Shown piece by piece: positions 37,368 to 51,243 of a DNA stretch of 64,000 nt. This DNA is from Paraspadella gotoi (Eukaryota; Animalia; Chaetognatha): positions 615,523 to 679,522 of the forward strand of contig CM119267.1 in the NCBI GenBank assembly GCA_051294375.1. Reading direction: 5' to 3'. Every line of letters starts with the position of its first letter. Within the stretch, counting starts at the first letter, position 1. The notes beneath the pieces were generated by a model, which was given only the letters and a program-made list of their open reading frames with translations, did no database searches and was not told where the DNA came from. The position numbers and the translations under genes were made by a program.

Positions 37368-37416
37368 TCAGCCAATCAGAATCGTTTTCGAAAAAAGTCT
37401 CTCAGCCAATTAGAAT
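37368..37416 (+). promoter_or_regulatory. Tandem CCAAT (NF-Y-type) boxes
   Basis: tcagccaatcagaat and tcagccaattagaat about 33 bp apart, upstream of the BTB coding exons. Confidence 0.4.
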
Positions 37417-37801
37417 GAAACGGTTTACCGATAACTTATAGAAAAGTTAGGAAAATACGTTCCTCGTTCTCTCCTTCTCTTTGACTCTGTCTCTCGCTCT
37501 CTCTGTTATTTTTTTTTTTTTTTTGCGCAGTTCCGTGATCGAGGTTCCTCTTCTTTTTGTCTCGTGATTATTTCTAATTCGCTCGAAAACGAAAAAAATT
37601 GAGAATTTAAACAATTGCGTCTCAAATTAATTTAAATTCATGAGTAATACAAATATATCCGTTTGAATATAACGGAATGAATGAATGACTCATGAACCAA
37701 TGACGATGAATAAGAATGAATAAAGATGAATAAAGATGAATCTAGAAGATAAATCATCGTTTTAGTCGGAAAAAGATTAGGATTAGATGAAAGAAAGATT
37801 C

Positions 37802-37877
<76 letters not shown>

Positions 37878-38276
37878 CTTAACTGATTCAGACAGACCAG
37901 AGTCTAAAAAAACTTTTTTTCCCTTTGTAATATAAGACCTTTTCAAAATTATTTTTTCCCCGCTGTTTCTTTCTCATTTTTTTTTTCAAATTTCTTCATT
38001 TTTTTACCGGAATAATTTTTATTTTATTTTATTTATTTGCAAATCGAAATTTTGATAAAAATATCGTCTTAAAATCGCCAAGAATTTTGATATATGTCGA
38101 CGATTCAATAAGCGTATTTTTATGACAATCGCCTCGCATGTCTGTGGTTAAAGCAAAACGTCTCAGTTTTTTCGAGTGTTAACTGTACTCAAGAATACCC
38201 GAGAGTACAGGGGGATTCTTCTTACCCGATCTTCCTACCAGTCGTCCTTTTGATATTTTAATCTCTTAATAGGATT

Positions 38277-38314
<38 letters not shown>

Positions 38315-38807
38315 GCATTAAAATATAAAAAGAAGTACAGTGGGACATTTTCGAAAGAGGCTGAGATTCTTAGTCGATTTTATTCTTTCAGATTTAATTT
38401 TTTTTCGAATTCCAAAGTTCGATTTACTCTTCAATTTACTTTTCGGGACATCGTTTTACAGGGTGGTGCCAAAAAAAAAAGAGAAATAGGGAATTACGAG
38501 GAAAGATTAAATTAAATTGTGGATGAAATAAATGATAAAATGTATAATAAATATAAATATAGATAAATATAAATATAAATATAGAATAGAATAGAAAGTA
38601 ATTTTTTTAAATTAATTAAATTAAATTAATCTTAGGATGAATTTTAAAGTCTTTTTTTAAATAATAGCCCCTGATAATTCTTTGACGCTCTACCCCTCCC
38701 CCATGTGGCTCGCGGCCATTTTAAACCTTCTTTCGCATCTCAGCCCCATACTAGCCTTTCTGCTCCGATTCTAATTCAACTTTAATCCTTATCTAAGTAT
38801 TTCGAAC

Positions 38808-38857
<50 letters not shown>

Positions 38858-40183
38858 CCTCTCTCTCGTGCCCCTGAATTACGCCCAGATCCTCCCTCTC
38901 CTCTTGAATCGCCCCCTCATCTCCAGCGCCCTCTGCTTCATCATTTGGAACCGGAATTTTTTATCATAAACAAAAGTGAAACTTGAGACAAAATTTGAAG
39001 TGAAATTTGAAAATCGAGTGAAAATCACGTTTGACGAAAAAAAAAATTCGATCGTGAATATTTTGATTAAGTTTTTTTTTTTCAGTTCGTGGACATAAAA
39101 TATTTTTATAAAAAGGAACTAACTTTCATTTCTCTGACTCGTATGTATATCTTTGACGTCAATTATAAATTGTAAATTATTGACTTTTTGTTTTATTTTC
39201 GTGAATATTCGAATTAGACTGAAGACTGATAAAAGTGATGACAGATCAAAGAAATGACAGGAATGACAGGAATGACAAATAAAAGTGATGACAGATCAAA
39301 GAAATGACAGGAATGACAGGAATGATAAATAAAAGTTACAGATCAAAGGAATGACAGAAATGACAGATAAAAGTGATGACAGATCAAAGGAATGACAGTA
39401 ATGACAGGAATGACAGATGACAGGGAAGACAAGTGTACGACAAACTCCATTGATCACAGATGTTCATCAGATAATTTTTTTGTTATACCATCATCTAAAT
39501 AAGAAAACCTCGACAAACTTCAAGTAAAATCGTTCTATGACTATGTCCATGAAACTATATATTTCTAATTTCAGTTTAAAAAATTTCAATTCAAACATTA
39601 GTTTAAACATTTCTTCTTTCCTCGAAGTTCGATGTTTAATGTTACGAGGTCTTGAGTTCGATCCTCTTCCTTTGTTCTTCTGTTTTACGTCTTTCAATTT
39701 TCTTAACTTTTTTTGCTCTTTTTATATAATTTTTTCTTATCGAAAAAAAAAACTGATGTACTTTTAGGTCATATAGTATGGATTTAACTATGACCAAATG
39801 AAAATAATTAAAAAAAAATCAATTAATGATTTATTAGAAAAGAAACAGACAAAAGAAATAAAGAAAGAAAGATAGATAGATATATAGAAAGAATGAAAGG
39901 AGGATACTAAAAAAGGAGATAAAGAAAGAAAGAAAAAAAGAAAGAAAGAAAAAATAAAAAAGAAAGAAAAAAAGAAAGAAAGATAGAAAGAATGAAAGAA
40001 AGAAATATAGAAAGATAGAAAGAAAGAGGAGATAAAAGAGTTCAATCTTTTTCGTCAGCGATCGATTTCTCTCCCGCGAAGAAATAAGACGACGACGACG
40101 ACGACGACGACGAATAAAAACTAAAAAGCAAATATAAAATCTGAATAAGAATCAAGTTTAGTCTGAAAAAAAAAAGAGAACCT

Positions 40184-40222
<39 letters not shown>

Positions 40223-40229
40223 AAAGAAG

Positions 40230-40277
<48 letters not shown>

Positions 40278-40693
40278 AGGAGAGAGAAAAGAGAGAAGAG
40301 AGAAGAGAGAGGAGAGAGAAGAGAGAGAGAGAGAGAAGAGAGAGAAAAGGGAGCCAGCTGAGCGAGCCAAACGAAGCTTTTAAGGACGACGACGACGACG
40401 AACGACGACGACGACGACGACGACTACGACGACGAACGACGAACCAAGTTATTTTGACGCGTCGCGTCACGCGAGTTTTTGACAAAAAAAAAAAAAAAAA
40501 AAATGAGTCTATTTTTCGTTTGAAATTTCCGCTCCAAAAATGAAACCTTTGTCCTAAAATTATTATTCGTGTCCTTTTTTCTCTTTGTCCTCGAATGATT
40601 TTTTCTTCAATATTCCTTTTATTTATTCGAGTTCCTGTATCCGTATTTCTTTCCGTATCCGTATTTAGCGTGTATTTCTTCCTTCTCTCCCTC

Positions 40694-40780
<87 letters not shown>

Positions 40781-42551
40781 CATCCTTACCCATCGCTTCT
40801 CCTCTTCCTTTTCTTCCATCGCTTTCGTTCGCAGCAAGCTTTTAAACTTGTCTTCTCGTCCGCCGCCGCCGCCGCGCCGCCGCCGCCGCGCGCCGCCGCC
40901 GCCGCGCCGCGCCGCCGCGCGCCGATTGCACGATGACGATGAGTCGATGACTAAACGACGACGACGACGACAACGACGATTACGACACAACTGGTGCTCA
41001 GATCCGCACAGTTTTTGCATTTCTTGCGCAAATCTCTCTCTCTCTCTATCTCTCTCCTCTCTCTCTCCCTCTCTCTCTCTCTCCTTGTCTCTCTCTCTTT
41101 TTTTTTTTTTAATGTTTTCTTAGCATTAATTTAATCCTAATCTGTTTTAAAAATAAATTCGTCATTAAATCAATCGAATGACTTCATATTCTTTGTTTTT
41201 TTTATCGATGCTTTTCTTTTTATCTTCATCTGTTTGTTTGGTTGTTTTTTTTTCGTTTCGGCTACAAATTGTTTTGTTTTGTTTGTTTTTTGTTCTTTTT
41301 TTGCCTCAAAACGAAACTTTGTCTCTTCGTCGCTTAAGGGGACCCAGTGATAAAAATGATATCATAAGCTTAAGGGTCTATCATTAAAGGATTTCGAATG
41401 GTGATAGTCATTAATTTTTCTTCGCGCGGGAAAGTGGAGAAAAAATTATCATCTCCTTGTTGCGATGCGAACAAGGACGAGTTAATTATTGGGAAAATTT
41501 TTAATGTATCTCCCCTTAATACTGATACCCTCCATTCTCTTACTTTCAATGGGGAAATTGTTTTTCCGCAAATTTCAATTTTCTATTTCTGGATGAAAAA
41601 ATCTGAAATCATTGGTGGGGGCCTCCTCTGATAAAGGAATTGTTTTTATTTTGTTTGGGATTTTGTTTTGCTTTTTTAATCTACCGAAATAGTATCCAAC
41701 AATTTCTGGTTTTTTTTTTTTGCCTAAATTTAGTCACGACTTTTTCCAACTTTAAATTCCCGAGGGTCTAAGAATCGCGACCGAATTTGGGTCATGGACC
41801 AAGAGACAAATTGAAAGGATAGACGACCATGAGAAGGCCGATGCCCGAATTGCCCGATGCTGCCCCCAACGCTTGGGCCCGATGGGTTTCCTCAGCCATT
41901 GAAGATCGCTGACGTTAGCGCCGGCGCCTTTTCGTGCCCATCTTGGCCCCAAGAAGCCAATGGGAGGGTGGCACCTTCATGTCAAGAGATGGAAGAAGTG
42001 GCGCGTGCAAGAACCAAATGCGTTGACTGCAATGAGAGGATTGCAATCTTTCATTGGATGCAGTCAGTTGATAACAAATATGACAAAAATGACAAAGATG
42101 AAAAACTCTGTCAAAAGATATGAAAACTTTGAAACATTTCAACACATGTTAAGAATACGTCGAAATATAACGTTAAAATGTCAAAAAATGTCAAGCGAGT
42201 TTAACTAATATGCTAAAAACTGATAATATTCTAATATAGAAACGGATTCTAAACATTTTCAACCTTCGATATAAATAAACACACAATTATATAAAAGAGC
42301 AGATAATTCGGTTTTAATTAATGAAGACAAAAGAGATAAACTTATTATGAACTTATTATAACTTATTATAAACTTATGAAAAAAAATATTTTCCTTTTCT
42401 AAAATTTTCTTGGTTTTTTTAATCGACCAGCTGTTTTTGAGAGCGAGTCTCTCTCTCTCTCTTCTCTCTCTCTCTCTGTCTTCATTCGAACAAAGAAGAT
42501 CCAACTGGAGCAGCACAAGTTTTTTTTTCTCCCGTTTGTTTTTTTATCAGT

Positions 42552-42639
<88 letters not shown>

Positions 42640-43836
42640 TTTTTCTTCACGGTTTATATCGACGACTCTTTGTTCTTAAATGATTAATCAAAAACTTTAA
42701 CAAATTTTCACAAAAAAAACCCCGGCCTTTTAATAAATTTTCTTTTCTTTGACTATTTTAGTATTTATCCTTAATCTGATAATCGGAAATTCTTTATAAA
42801 TTAAAATCAATGTAACCTATAATCTTTTTCTTCCTCAAAAACATTAATTTACAAATTTAGATTCTGAAGATAATTTTTTTTTCTCGGCTTAAGGAAAAAA
42901 GTTTTAGTTTCGCGTAAACATTCGACTTCGTTGATTGAAGCTTCGAATTTAATTTCATCTTTTTCTCCCAAAAAAATACAAGAAATGATTAAAGATAATG
43001 TAAAAACTGTAACATTTTTAATCCTTTTTTACGAAATTTGTTTTCCTCAGGATTTTTAAAATAAAAATACAAACGCGTTTTATGAACTTTGAACAAAAAC
43101 CATTTTAATATTCGATCGAAAAAGATAAACGAATGAACAAAAGATTAAAAGATCAATAAATTATACGAAACAAACAACAAACGCGCTTCAAACCGAATTT
43201 GGGAGCAATCGGCACAGGGGGTTTTCCCACAGTGATCCAGTCGATTCTCTTTTACCAAAAAAAAACAAAAAAACTCAGACGCGCTCTCATTTTTTTAAAG
43301 AAAAAAAACAACAAAAAAAAATGTGAGAGGAATTTGGACGAAATCTTCTAGCGGGTTTTCCAACGATGTATGGTAAGCAATAGTTGTTAGCTGTTAACAA
43401 TTATATAATCTAAATAATGCCCGGATGTGGGATTTGACAAATTAATTATCAATCCAAACGTAATATTATACTAATACACTAAAAACAAGAACGGTAATTC
43501 AAATGTGTTGCTCCGCAGGGACTTTATATTCGACTTTCTTTGCCCGTGTATTTATGACATGCACTGCATAAAAATTTGTTCTTTTATTCCTTATAGTTTT
43601 ATTATTTCCTGAAGCAGGCGCTAGCAGTCCCTTAGGCTTAGATTTTTCAGTAAAATTTTTAGTCTTTAATCATTTAGTATTTTTTCAACTTCTTTGAAAT
43701 TAACTTATTATTATTATTCAATATCCAATTATGTTCTTTTAAAAAAAGTAAGTTTATCTCTGTACCTAAACATCTTCTTTGTATCGCGACTACTGTAGCT
43801 CAAAAGTGTTCCAGCCAAAAATCGAGAGAAAGAAAA

Positions 43837-43899
<63 letters not shown>

Positions 43900-45549
43900 G
43901 AAGGAGGGAGAAGAAACTTTGCCAATGTTTTGTTATTTACTATAGTCTTTCAAAGTGTCTCTCTCTCAGTCTCGTTCCGTCTGCAACATTTGCCAAAACC
44001 AGATCGAGAATTGAGAAGAAAAACTTTGCCGATGAATCGCGAAAGAGTGTTTGGCGTCGACAGCCAAGAGTTGATGTTGCGAGCTGATGTTGTGAAGTGA
44101 TGTTTAGAGGTGATGTGGTGAGATAATATTGTGAAGTGATGTTGAGAGGCGATGTGGTGAGATGAGATGATAATGTAGTGAATTGAGATGATGTTTCGTG
44201 TTGTGGTTCAATTCAAAATGCAAATCCCATGAAATTATGTTTTTAATTCGATTGCGTCTCATTTTAAATTCTTCTCTTTTTTAAAAAATTCTTTCTGTTT
44301 CTCTCATTTCTCTTTTTTCTTCATTGTCCCTTTATTAGATATTATGATTTAACTCGTTCATTAATTAGGAACAGAAATGAGGCGCTTTTGGTAAATAGTG
44401 CCAAGACATGAAAACATGAAAACATTTTAATTCCGAAAAAAAAATCGAATTATATCGGTCACAATTTTATCTTCGAAGGTGCGCCGCGAGTCGCGAGTCG
44501 CGAGTACTCGCGGTGCGACTTTAAGTTACTTTTCGCTCAGTAGGTGGGTCTGTTGATCTGACCCACATACATTTTAAACGCCCATTTCTCGGTAAATAGT
44601 GTATCTTTTTTTATAACACTTGTTAAAAAGGTCATTGTACCGTAAGATGCTTTTTGTGCTCACTTTTTTTAAATGCTTTTGTTGGAATGTAAACAAACTT
44701 ATTTCGTTCGATTAATCAATAAAACTTTACATATGATTATGATTAATGATAATTATTTATTTTATTTTGTATTAAAACTTTTAATATAATATATAATATA
44801 ATGTAATATAACTTTAATATAATGTGTCGTCACGTGATTAAATCTTTAAAATTGTTTTATCTTTTCCTTCGAATTTCCTCAAATTTGACCCAAATGTTTT
44901 TTTTTCGTCGCAAAGTTCAAAACGACGAATATTGTCGTCGTCGTCGTTGTTGTTGTCGTCGTTGTTGTTCCTATCACCAGATCTGATTTCGTCACAACTG
45001 AGATGAATTCGATATTCAGATTCCCTTAACTAAAGATTACCATTCGCTCTCTTCTCGGTTTTTAATTCAAGAGTTGGATTCAGGTTTCAGATCTGGATTC
45101 ATCTTGGAAATCAAGAATGAAATCTTTAAAGATTTCTATTCAAGTGGTTAAGAGGAGGAGGGGGAGGAGAAGGAGGAGGAGGAGGAGGACGACGACGACG
45201 ATGACGACGATGACTTCGTTCAAGAGTGCAACATTGTATATTTTACAAAGGTAAGGAAAAACCTTTGGTCACGGAGCATCCCGGTCTTCTTGGGTGATCC
45301 ATTAAAGTTCACTCTTGATGGTTGCGTGGCGTCTTTGTGAACTGAGGAAGTGATCAATGTCACTCGGGAGTCCGCCTTTGTGAGAGGCTCACAAGTGGAG
45401 GATGTGAAATCTCTCGCGAGTGCATCAGAATCACGAGGTCATCTTTGTTGATTGCGTCATCATCTCTCTTTTTGTCAACCACAAGATTTCGAAAAACAAA
45501 TGTGTTTAAAAAAGTTGTATTTAAACGAGTCTAAATTAAGTTAAGAGAG

Positions 45550-45650
<101 letters not shown>

Positions 45651-46442
45651 AGAGAGAACGCCGAATGCGTCGCATTGTCACATGATTTGTTGAAAAGAAA
45701 ATTATTAAACAATGAGAAATTAACTCTTAGTTATCGTCGTCGTCGTCGTCGTCGTCGTCGTCCACTCATATAAAAGAGATTCTCAAACTTTGTCTCTATC
45801 TCACTCTCTCTTCTCATTATAAAAGAAACTCCGTCATCCAGAAATGACTACATCTCAATTCCGCAGCTAAAATAACTTTGAACAATTTCATTCGTTTTTC
45901 GTCGTTTGAATTGAAATTCTACGTAAAACGATTTGACTCATCAAATCAATTTCTCTTTTCTCGTCTTAAACGAACTCGTTTTGTCCGAAATCTAGTCTTA
46001 CCACTTCTTTTATTTTGACAATTTTTTTCTTTTCTTTTTTCTTTTTGTCTCACTTGATTTTAATTTTTTTCGACGCCATTTTATTTTTCAACGCAATGGA
46101 AAAAAACAAGTGAACAACTTTTGCTATGAAATAATTAATTATAATCCACAAACCCACAATATCACACACTCGTACTTCGTCATAATTTTAAATTGTAAAT
46201 TGACTACAAATATTCATTTGAATATAATATTAAACTCTGCCAATAAGCATAACTGACGCATTTTGTAATCAAAATTGACTATAATCTTTAAAATGTGACT
46301 AAACATCCAATGAAACTCAACCGCCTTCACAGTTCAAACATTCGTATAACGCAATTATATCAGCCCAATATTCATTTATCGAAAAACCAAATCGTATTTT
46401 GAATCTCACCAAAATAACACCCGCCTCTTTTAAAACTTAAAA

Positions 46443-46521
46443 ATGGCGCGCGCCAATTATCGTATGGATAACGCAGCCGCCGCCGCTGCCGCTGGCTACG
46501 GCGCCTACGCCGGTTTTTTCG

Positions 46522-46554
<33 letters not shown>

Positions 46555-46689
46555 GCGGGGGACATCCCATGTTCTTCGCTCCGCCTCCTTTCTTTATCGG
46601 CGGTTATCAGGGGCGTGGAAGAGTGAGGAGCGTGTCCGAGGGAGAAAGACCTCAACACGTAGTCCTTGTCCCTAACGCGGGAATTTGGG
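46443..46689 (+). CDS. Candidate alternative first coding exon of the BTB-BACK gene (Gly/Ala/Tyr-rich)
   Basis: aaaATGG context and an open frame MARANYRMDN...NAGIW, ending at a strong phase-1 donor G/GTGAGG that is in frame with the exon at 47065. Confidence 0.6.
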
Positions 46690-47064
46690 GTGAGGAAAGA
46701 GTAAGGTAGCGATGCTTCTGCTGCCATGCTGCTGCTCCTGCTGTCGGGGAAAGGTTGGGACGCAGCTTGGGCAAGTTGAAAAAATGGAATCACGATCTTT
46801 AACATCAAAAATCAAGTTATAACATTTGTTATTATGTATTATGATATTATATTCTTGGTATTATTTCTTATATATCTTATATAACATAAACAAAACCTTA
46901 TACGATATTTACTAGTTATTAATACTTTTAAAACAGGTTAAGTAAGTTAAATAGAATTATTAATTATAATTTTATAATCTCCAAAGACTTTTAAAGTATT
47001 GTGAAGCAAGTAATGTTGTAAAAAGAAATCATAACAACATGAACCTCCCTTCCTTTTTCTTCAG

Positions 47065-50000
47065 AGATGGCGACGGCCGAGAGCGGCGTCGTCGATCCGG
47101 CGCCGGCGGGAATGGACGACTCGGAACCCAAGCCTTCGGTGACCCTCCGTGACGCGTCATCCTTCATCGATGACGTCGCCAAATACTTCAACGCTGAAGA
47201 TCTGAGCGACGTCGTCCTTCAAGTCGCCGACAAGAAATACGCAGCGCACAAGTTTATTTTGGGAAAGTCGTCAGAGGTATGGGGATTGACATGGAGAGAT
47301 ATGGAGAGACATGGAGAGATATGAGAGGCATGGAGAGATATAAAGTTTAAGAGATTGAATTTAACAATGACGATTGCGTCGAATTAAAGGCGCGAATTTA
47401 TTTTCATTTGGAATTAAAGTAATTAAAAAGAGATAGAGTTTTAAAAATGATAATTCATAATTTATCCCGCAAGGGGCCATATAATCTAATAACTTTAAAT
47501 TGTAAGAACGCAATAACAAAGTTCATTAGAACTGAGGACAAAGCTTCCCAAAAATATCCGTTAGAGGTCAGGAGCGATTAAAGCTTAGAAATCAGGCTTT
47601 TTTTTTCGACAAAAGAACATCGAATTTAATACGAAAAGAGAGAAAACGCTTTCCGCAAATTTCTCGAAAAATTTTTTTAGAGTAATTAATAAATGATTGT
47701 ATTATTATTAAAATAAATAATAATTGCTCGCTCACCGTAAAACCCTCAGGTTTTCAAGTCCATGCTGTTCCAATCCCATTGGACCCAGTCTTCCATGGAG
47801 ACTGTCCAACTGGAGGAACCCGACGATGTGCACGACGTCTTCGACATATTCCTCAAATTCATGTACACGTCGGAAGTGACGGTGGACGCGGACTCCGTCA
47901 TCCCCGTACTCTGTCTCGCGGATAAATATTGCGTCTCGGGACTCCGCGATCTCTGCACTTCGTACATGGTGAGAAAATTAATTGATTAGAGATGATTAAT
48001 TAATCAGAGATGATGAGAGATGCTTAATTGATTAGAGATGATTAATTGATTAGAGATGATTTATTGATAAGAAATGATTAATTGATAAGAGATGAATAAT
48101 TGATTAAAGATGATTAGAGATGATTAATTGATTAGAGATAATTAATTAATTAGAGATGATTAATTGATCAGAGATGTTTAGAGATTATTAATTGATTAGA
48201 GATGATTAGAAATAATTAATTGATTAGAGATGATTAATTAATTAGAGATGTTTAGAGATTATTAATTGATTAGAGAAGATTAGAGATGAATAATTGAAAA
48301 GAGATGAAATAAATCCTCCCTAAATCCTCACTAAATTCTCCCTAAATCCTCCCCAAATCCTCACTAAATCCTCCCCGAATCCTCCCTAAATCCTCACTAA
48401 ATCCTCACTCCTCAGGTGGAACAAGCCAAATCCCCCCACGCCAAGCACGCCGTCAACTACTACTGCTTCGCCAAGGCGCTTTGCGTCAATCCTCTGATGG
48501 ATCAATGCATCCGGACGAACGCTTGGCACGCCGAGGGTCTCCTCAAGTCGCGCGACTGGGTCGAGATGGACGTGGATTTGGTCGAGGACGTCCTCAAGAC
48601 GTCGGAACTCGTCCTCCGCAACGAGATGACCGTCTTCAACGCCGTCAAGGACTACGTCTTCCACGAAAGCCACGCCCACGAACGCGACGCCCTCGCCAAG
48701 CGTCTCCTTCCTCTCGTCCGGTTCCCCCAGATGCTCGTCCACGAGCTCTTCAACGTGGAGACGGACGCCGGGGCCGAGTTTCTGACCCTGCCCGAGGTGG
48801 CGCCGCTGTTGTCCGAGCTCATCGCCCGCGCCTATCGATTCCGCGCCCTCTGTCCATCGCGAGAAAATCTGGGCGTGGATTTCGGGGAAAACTTTTATCA
48901 ACCTCGCGACTATCTGGATCTTTGCGTGGATTCGATCAACATGGCGAACACTTTGAGGTTCGGGATTCAGGTCGACGTCAGGATGTTTTCGGGTGAGTTG
49001 GACGAAAGAGGGAGAAGGGGGAAGACTGCGAGGGGGGGATTTAAGAAAGGTGAGAATAGGGAAAGATTATCGAGTTAGGAAGAATTAGCTAAACCTTTGA
49101 GAATAGGGAAAGATTATCGGAGTTAGGAAGAATTAGCTAAACCTTTGAGAATAGGGAAAGATTATTAAGTTAGAAGAATTAGCTAAACCTTTGAGAATAG
49201 GGAAAGATTATCGAGTTAGGAAGAATTAGCTAAACTTGAGAATAGGAAAGATTATTAAGTTAGGAAGAATTAGCTAAACCTTGAGAATAGGGAAAGATTA
49301 TCGAGTTAGGAAGAATTAGCTAAACCTTTGAGAATAGGGAAAGATTATTAGTTAGGAATAATTAGCTAAACCTTTGAGAATAGGGAAAGATTATCGAGTT
49401 TAGGAAGAATTAGCTAAACCTTTGAGAATAGGGAAAGATTATCGAGTTAGGAAGAATTAGCTAAACCTTTGAGAATAGGAAAGATTATCGAGTTAGGAAG
49501 AATTAGCTAAACCTTTGAGAATAGGGAAAGATTATCGAGTTAGGAAGAATTAGCTAAACCTTGAGAATAGGGAAAGATTATCGAGTTAGGAAGAATTAGC
49601 TAAACCTTGAGAATAGGGAAAGATTATAAGTTAGAGAATAATTAGCTAAACCTTTGAGAATAGGGAAAGATTATCAGTTAGGATAATTAGCTAAACCTTT
49701 GAGAATAGGGAAAGATTATCAAGTTAGGAAGAATAAGCTTAACCTTTGAGAATAGGGAAAGATTATCAAGTTTAGAAGAATTAACTAAACCTTTTCAGGT
49801 TTAATGAAATTGATACAATCAATATAAAAATTATCCATTCCTTCAATAACTAAGCTATGTTGCCTCTGACTTTGGCCTCCATCACTCTTACAAGATAATA
49901 ACTTTGCAGGTCTTTATAATATTTCAAAGTATTAGAATATTTTTTTCTTTTCCTCTAATCCCTTCCCTTCCCTTCCCTTCCCTTCCCTTCCCTTCCCTTC

Positions 50001-51243
50001 CCTTCCCTTCCCCTCCCCCTTTCTCTGCCCACTTAATTCCAGGTCCCGTTCCAGCTCAAGTCCGTGACGCAGAATGGAGAGTCGTGTACAGAAGACAAAA
50101 CAACACCGTTTGGTCCGTCTCCTTCATTCCATCCGGTCAGTACGTCCGTCTCTCTCTCTCTCTGTGTCTGTCCGTGTCCATCATTCTTGTGGTCCGTCCG
50201 TTCTTTCAGTCTTTCTGTCAATTTGTCCGTCTCTCCGTTAGACATTTTCCATGTTTTTCTCACCGTTTTGCTATCCTGTCTGTATCTCTTTGTGTCCATC
50301 GATCTGTGATGTTTGTCTGTCCTTCTTTCAACCCTTGAATTTATCCCCTATGCCCTTTGTTTTCATCTGTCTGTTTCTCTTCTGTCTGTCTGTCTGTTTG
50401 TCTGTCCTTCTTTCAACCCTTGAATCTATTCCCTCTGCCCTTTGTTTTCATCTGTCTGTTTCTCTTCTGTCTGTCTGTCTGTCTGTTTGTTTCTCTTTTT
50501 ATTACTATGTCTTTGTCTTTGTCTGTCTCTCACTCTTTATTAATCTTGGTCTGTAATTAGTTTTTTTAATATCAACGTTCAACAATATCAATTAACTCTC
50601 CTTTACATATTTTAAGAAATGAACAGACAGCATAATTGTTATGAATCAGTTAGTTAGTTCAATGTAGCAGACCCTTGGCTTAAGATCAGGCTGTGGCACC
50701 GTGCTACAGTCGGGTTAAGCGCTTCGTCCCTTTTAACTGCTCGGTTGTTTAGATGTTAGGAAGCGAGAAGAATAAATATGTAGCAGATTGAGTTCCTCAG
50801 TCTCATTTGCATACTGTCGTATTCAGATTAAGCTTTGATAAATTATTGTTCTATTGCCTTAAAAGTTTAATATTAATATTTTACATTAGTAAATGATCAT
50901 GTTTATTTGTGGGTCAATTAATAGCTAAATAATTAATGATTTAATTATCATAATTGCTAGTTTACAACTTTAATATCTCTCTGTTATAAATACACTATTT
51001 TGATTGATTAATTAATAAGTTAATATGAAATCTGCTACCCTATCTTCAGACTCTGCGATGAAGAACGGTGAGGCGAGAATCGAAGCCTCACTCATCATTC
51101 TTGATGAGAAAGACGTGGTGGTGAGCGTGATCCGCGCTGGACCCGTTGGCTGCACGAGGACGACTTACCTCACGATCGAACTCGACTCGGCTCACTTCAC
51201 TCAAGCCAAGACAATGCAGACCATCATCAAGCCCACCATCTGA
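47065..51243 (+). CDS. BTB/POZ-BACK domain protein, BTBD17-like
   Basis: Exons 47065-47276, 47750-47968, 48416-48992, 50043-50135 and 51050-51243. BTB motifs LSDVVLQV, AHKFIL..SSEVFKSML, FLKFMYT, LADKYCV. BACK motifs NEMTVFNAV and LLPLVRFPQM, followed by YQPRDY. Confidence 0.88.
47978..48410. repeat. 18-bp (attaattgattagagatg) and 11-bp (aaatcctc(c/a)ct) intronic minisatellites
   Basis: Seen directly in the sequence. Confidence 0.85.
49052..49795. repeat. Minisatellite of about 47 bp, roughly 16 copies
   Basis: Unit gagaatagggaaagattatcgagttaggaagaattagctaaaccttt repeated head to tail with no unique spacers. Confidence 0.95.

Noticed and set aside
45118-45250. Acidic coding exon upstream of the BTB gene
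   Set aside because: The E/D-rich frame has an in-frame stop and its phase does not match the acceptor at 47065. At most it is a non-coding first exon.
49052-49795. CRISPR-like regular repeats
   Set aside because: The units are contiguous with no unique spacers, lie in a eukaryotic intron, and have no cas genes nearby. This is a minisatellite.
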